From: Gammaproteobacteria bacterium
GTDB lineage: Bacteria > Pseudomonadota > Gammaproteobacteria > UBA4575
Length of the DNA: 64,000 nt
Assembly: GCA_965221955.1 (NCBI GenBank)
Contig: CBDCTA010000003.1
Coordinates: forward strand, 34,277-98,276
Direction of reading: 5' to 3'
Shown: positions 61,556 through 64,000 of the stretch, piece by piece
Layout of the letters: each line of letters opens with the position of its first letter
How positions within the stretch are numbered: position 1 is the first letter of the stretch
Made by a program: the position numbers and the translations under genes
Notes under the pieces: generated by a model
The model's database searches: none
What the model was told of the DNA's origin: nothing
The model's input: the letters and a program-made list of their open reading frames with translations, nothing else

Positions 61556-62350
61556 ATGCAACAATACTTAGAACTATTACACCATGTAATGAAACATGGT
61601 GTAGATAAGGATGATCGTACTGGTACCGGTACGGCGTCAGTATTTGGTTATCAAATGCGTTTTGATTTGCAAAATGGTTTCCCTCTACTTACTACTAAAA
61701 AACTACATCTCAAATCTATTATTCATGAGTTACTTTGGTTTTTGCGTGGCGAAACAAACGTTTCATATTTGCATAAAAATGGGGTTTCAATCTGGGACGA
61801 ATGGGCAGATGAAAATGGTGAATTAGGACCGGTGTATGGCTCGCAATGGCGCAGTTGGCGAAGTGCAAGTGGTGAAACTATAGACCAAATCAGCCAACTA
61901 ATTGAAGACTTAAAAGAAAACCCTTTGTCTCGAAGGCATATCGTCAGTGCTTGGAACGTAGGCGAACTTGATAATATGGCATTACCGCCTTGCCATGCAT
62001 TTTTTCAGTTTTATGTGGCACAAAATAAACTTTCATGCCAGCTATACCAACGTAGTGCAGATGTATTTTTAGGCGTACCATTTAATATTGCTTCTTATGC
62101 ATTGCTATTGCTAATGGTGGCACAAGTTACAGGTTATCAAGCTGGTGAGTTTATACACACTTTTGGTGATGTGCATTTATATAACAATCATATCGAGCAA
62201 GCGCAAAAGCAACTCAGACGCACTCCTTATGCATTACCACATATGCATATAAACCCAGATGTGAAATCTATTTTTGATTTTAAATATGAAGATTTCGAAT
62301 TACAGAATTATCAATGTCATGAACATATCTCTGCACCTGTAGCAGTATAA
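61556..62350 (+). CDS. thyA: Thymidylate synthase
   Basis: [27 protein letters not shown]. Confidence 0.98.
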   Translation: MQQYLELLHHVMKHGVDKDDRTGTGTASVFGYQMRFDLQNGFPLLTTKKLHLKSIIHELLWFLRGETNVSYLHKNGVSIWDEWADENGELGPVYGSQWRSWRSASGETIDQISQLIEDLKENPLSRRHIVSAWNVGELDNMALPPCHAFFQFYVAQNKLSCQLYQRSADVFLGVPFNIASYALLLLMVAQVTGYQAGEFIHTFGDVHLYNNHIEQAQKQLRRTPYALPHMHINPDVKSIFDFKYEDFELQNYQCHEHISAPVAV

Positions 62351-62362
62351 GTTACTTCATTA

Positions 62363-62842
62363 ATGGAAATTGCAGTTATTGTCGCGATGACTCCACAAGG
62401 TCTCATCGGAAAAGACAATCAAATCCCTTGGCATTTGCCAGCTGATCTACAACGCTTTAAAAAAATTACTATGGGAAATCCCATTATTATGGGACGTAAA
62501 ACGTTTGAATCATTACCAGGTTTATTACCGGGCCGCCAACACATTGTACTCACACGTAATCCAAACTATTCTGCAGAAAGTTGTGATGTAGTAACAAACT
62601 GGTCGCAGATCGAAAAATTAGTCGACGATAAAGCTTTCGTAATTGGCGGTGCAGATATTTATAAATATGCACTTTCTATTGCAAAGTACCTATACATAAC
62701 TATCGTATATGCAGACCTAGAGGGGGATACATATTTCCCCGACTGGGACAAAAAAGAATGGCGGGAGATTGAGCGGCAATTTCGTAAGAAGGATGATAAA
62801 AATAATTATGATGTAGAAAATATTACATACCAGCGTATTTAA
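62363..62842 (+). CDS. folA: Dihydrofolate reductase
   Basis: IPWHLPADL, IMGRKT, LPGR, VIGG, GDTYFP. Confidence 0.97.
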   Translation: MEIAVIVAMTPQGLIGKDNQIPWHLPADLQRFKKITMGNPIIMGRKTFESLPGLLPGRQHIVLTRNPNYSAESCDVVTNWSQIEKLVDDKAFVIGGADIYKYALSIAKYLYITIVYADLEGDTYFPDWDKKEWREIERQFRKKDDKNNYDVENITYQRI

Positions 62843-62861
62843 TAGTCTATAAATTTCATTC

Positions 62862-63698
62862 TCAGGTTCTAGGAATTTCTTTCTTCGCCTCGCAGTTTAA
62901 TTGGTAAATAGTCAAACTTTCAGGCTCAATTTTTATTGCGGTTAGTTGTCCTCCCCATAAACAACCCGTATCTGTAGAAATGATATTGTGTTCATGTTTG
63001 TGGCCCAGCGTTGACCAATGGCCAAATACAATAGTGGTATTTTGACTTTTGCGCGATGGAATTTCATACCATGGTTTCATGCTTGCTCTCTGAGTTCCGG
63101 GCGTGCCTTTTTCAGTAAAGCTCATGACACCGTTATCATTGCAATATCGCACTCGTGTCATGAAATTAGTGATGGTTCGCAAGCGATTCCAACCTTTGAG
63201 TCTTCCATCCCATTGATTCGGTAAGTCTCCATACATGTTAAATAGAAAATCTTTGTATTTTTTTGATTGCAAAGCATTTTCAACTTCTTTGGCATAACGC
63301 AATGCGTCTTTTATGCTCCATTGTGGAGCTAACCCAGCATGTACCATGGCGAATTTAAGTGCTTTGTTGTAACGAATTAGTGATTGTTTTCTCAGCCAGT
63401 GCACTAACTCACCAATGTCTTCCGCTTGTAACGCAGTGTGCAGGCTACTACCCGTTTGAATGTCTTTAGCGCCTGCGTGAGCGGCGAGTAAATGCAAATC
63501 ATGATTTCCCAAAACAGTAACCGCAGAATTGCCGAGTGATTTTACCCAACGTAGCGTTTCGATAGATTTTGGTCCGCGATTGACTAAATCGCCTACAAAC
63601 CATAGCTGATCTTTTTTAGGATTAAATGCGATGTAATCAACAAGTTCTAGCAACTCATCGAAGCAGCCTTGTACATCACCAATTACATAAGTAGTCAC
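62862..63698 (-). CDS. apaH: Symmetrical Ap4A hydrolase
   Basis: GDVQGC, GDLVNRGP, LGNHD, FGHW, DTGC. Confidence 0.96.
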   Translation of the reverse strand: MTTYVIGDVQGCFDELLELVDYIAFNPKKDQLWFVGDLVNRGPKSIETLRWVKSLGNSAVTVLGNHDLHLLAAHAGAKDIQTGSSLHTALQAEDIGELVHWLRKQSLIRYNKALKFAMVHAGLAPQWSIKDALRYAKEVENALQSKKYKDFLFNMYGDLPNQWDGRLKGWNRLRTITNFMTRVRYCNDNGVMSFTEKGTPGTQRASMKPWYEIPSRKSQNTTIVFGHWSTLGHKHEHNIISTDTGCLWGGQLTAIKIEPESLTIYQLNCEAKKEIPRT

Positions 63699-63789
63699 TT
63701 AAAAATTACATCCAGCAAAAAGTTTAGAATATTTTGGTAGGTGAAAACTTAAGTAAACTGTATTGAAGATCACATAAGTTCAAAAAGCA

Positions 63790-63897
63790 CTGATTTTATT
63801 CTGAGACTAGGCAAAATAATATTTCGAAAACGGAGTTTACTCATTAGTAAATGAGTATAAGAAATATTATTTTAACGAAGTATTCGGGATAAATCAG
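63790..63897. repeat. Nested-hairpin palindromic element (MITE-like)
   Basis: Three nested stems: CTGATTTTATTCTGA/TCGGGATAAATCAG, AAAATAATATTTC/GAAATATTATTTT and TTTACT/AGTAAA. Confidence 0.7.
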
Positions 63898-63904
63898 GGT
63901 TTCG

Positions 63905-64000
63905 TTAATGTAAAACGCGTGGTGCAGCTAAAGTAAAAGGATCAATCGGCGCATCAAACTCAGTGCCATCATCCGCAATCATTTGGTAGCTACCTTGCAT
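63905..64000 (-). CDS. apaG: ApaG, C-terminal part (5' end truncated by window edge)
   Basis: [31 protein letters not shown]; upstream of apaH. Confidence 0.92.
   Translation of the reverse strand: MQGSYQMIADDGTEFDAPIDPFTLAAPRVLH

Noticed and set aside
244-63224. Many 60-145 aa ORFs overlapping identified genes (e.g. 5425..5853, 9504..9938, 29420..29848, 44514..44861)
   Set aside because: Antisense or alternative-frame shadows of well-supported coding sequences.

Overview
AT-rich chromosomal window from a gammaproteobacterium (inferred from Pseudomonas-like gene order). The housekeeping backbone runs rpe-gph-trpEGDC, crp-osmC-speD-coq7, rplM-rpsI, rpiA/ilvA, zapB-zapA-6S RNA-EVE, ygfB-pepP-ubiH-ubiI and lgt-thyA-folA, ending at apaH/apaG. 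A ~21 kb accessory block sits between trpC/psiE and crp. It holds an NhaR/NhaA module with two HPF-like genes and an orphan SufU-like gene, two Zur-box-controlled zinc modules, and a Pil-Chp-like chemosensory cluster. The most notable unexplained features are: (1) a 361-bp single-gene cassette bounded by two 28-bp imperfect-palindrome direct repeats, next to a covarying modular hairpin element; (2) a 159-aa KRKT-repeat histone/protamine-like protein preceded by ~400 bp of A-tract DNA; (3) a candidate PrrF-like sRNA; (4) a Trp leader peptide/attenuator; (5) a long-range inverted repeat around the SufU-like gene. Three frameshifts, one in lgt, are probably assembly indels. No tRNA, rRNA, CRISPR array, integrase or transposase was recognised. 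All calls come from reading the sequence; no searches were run.
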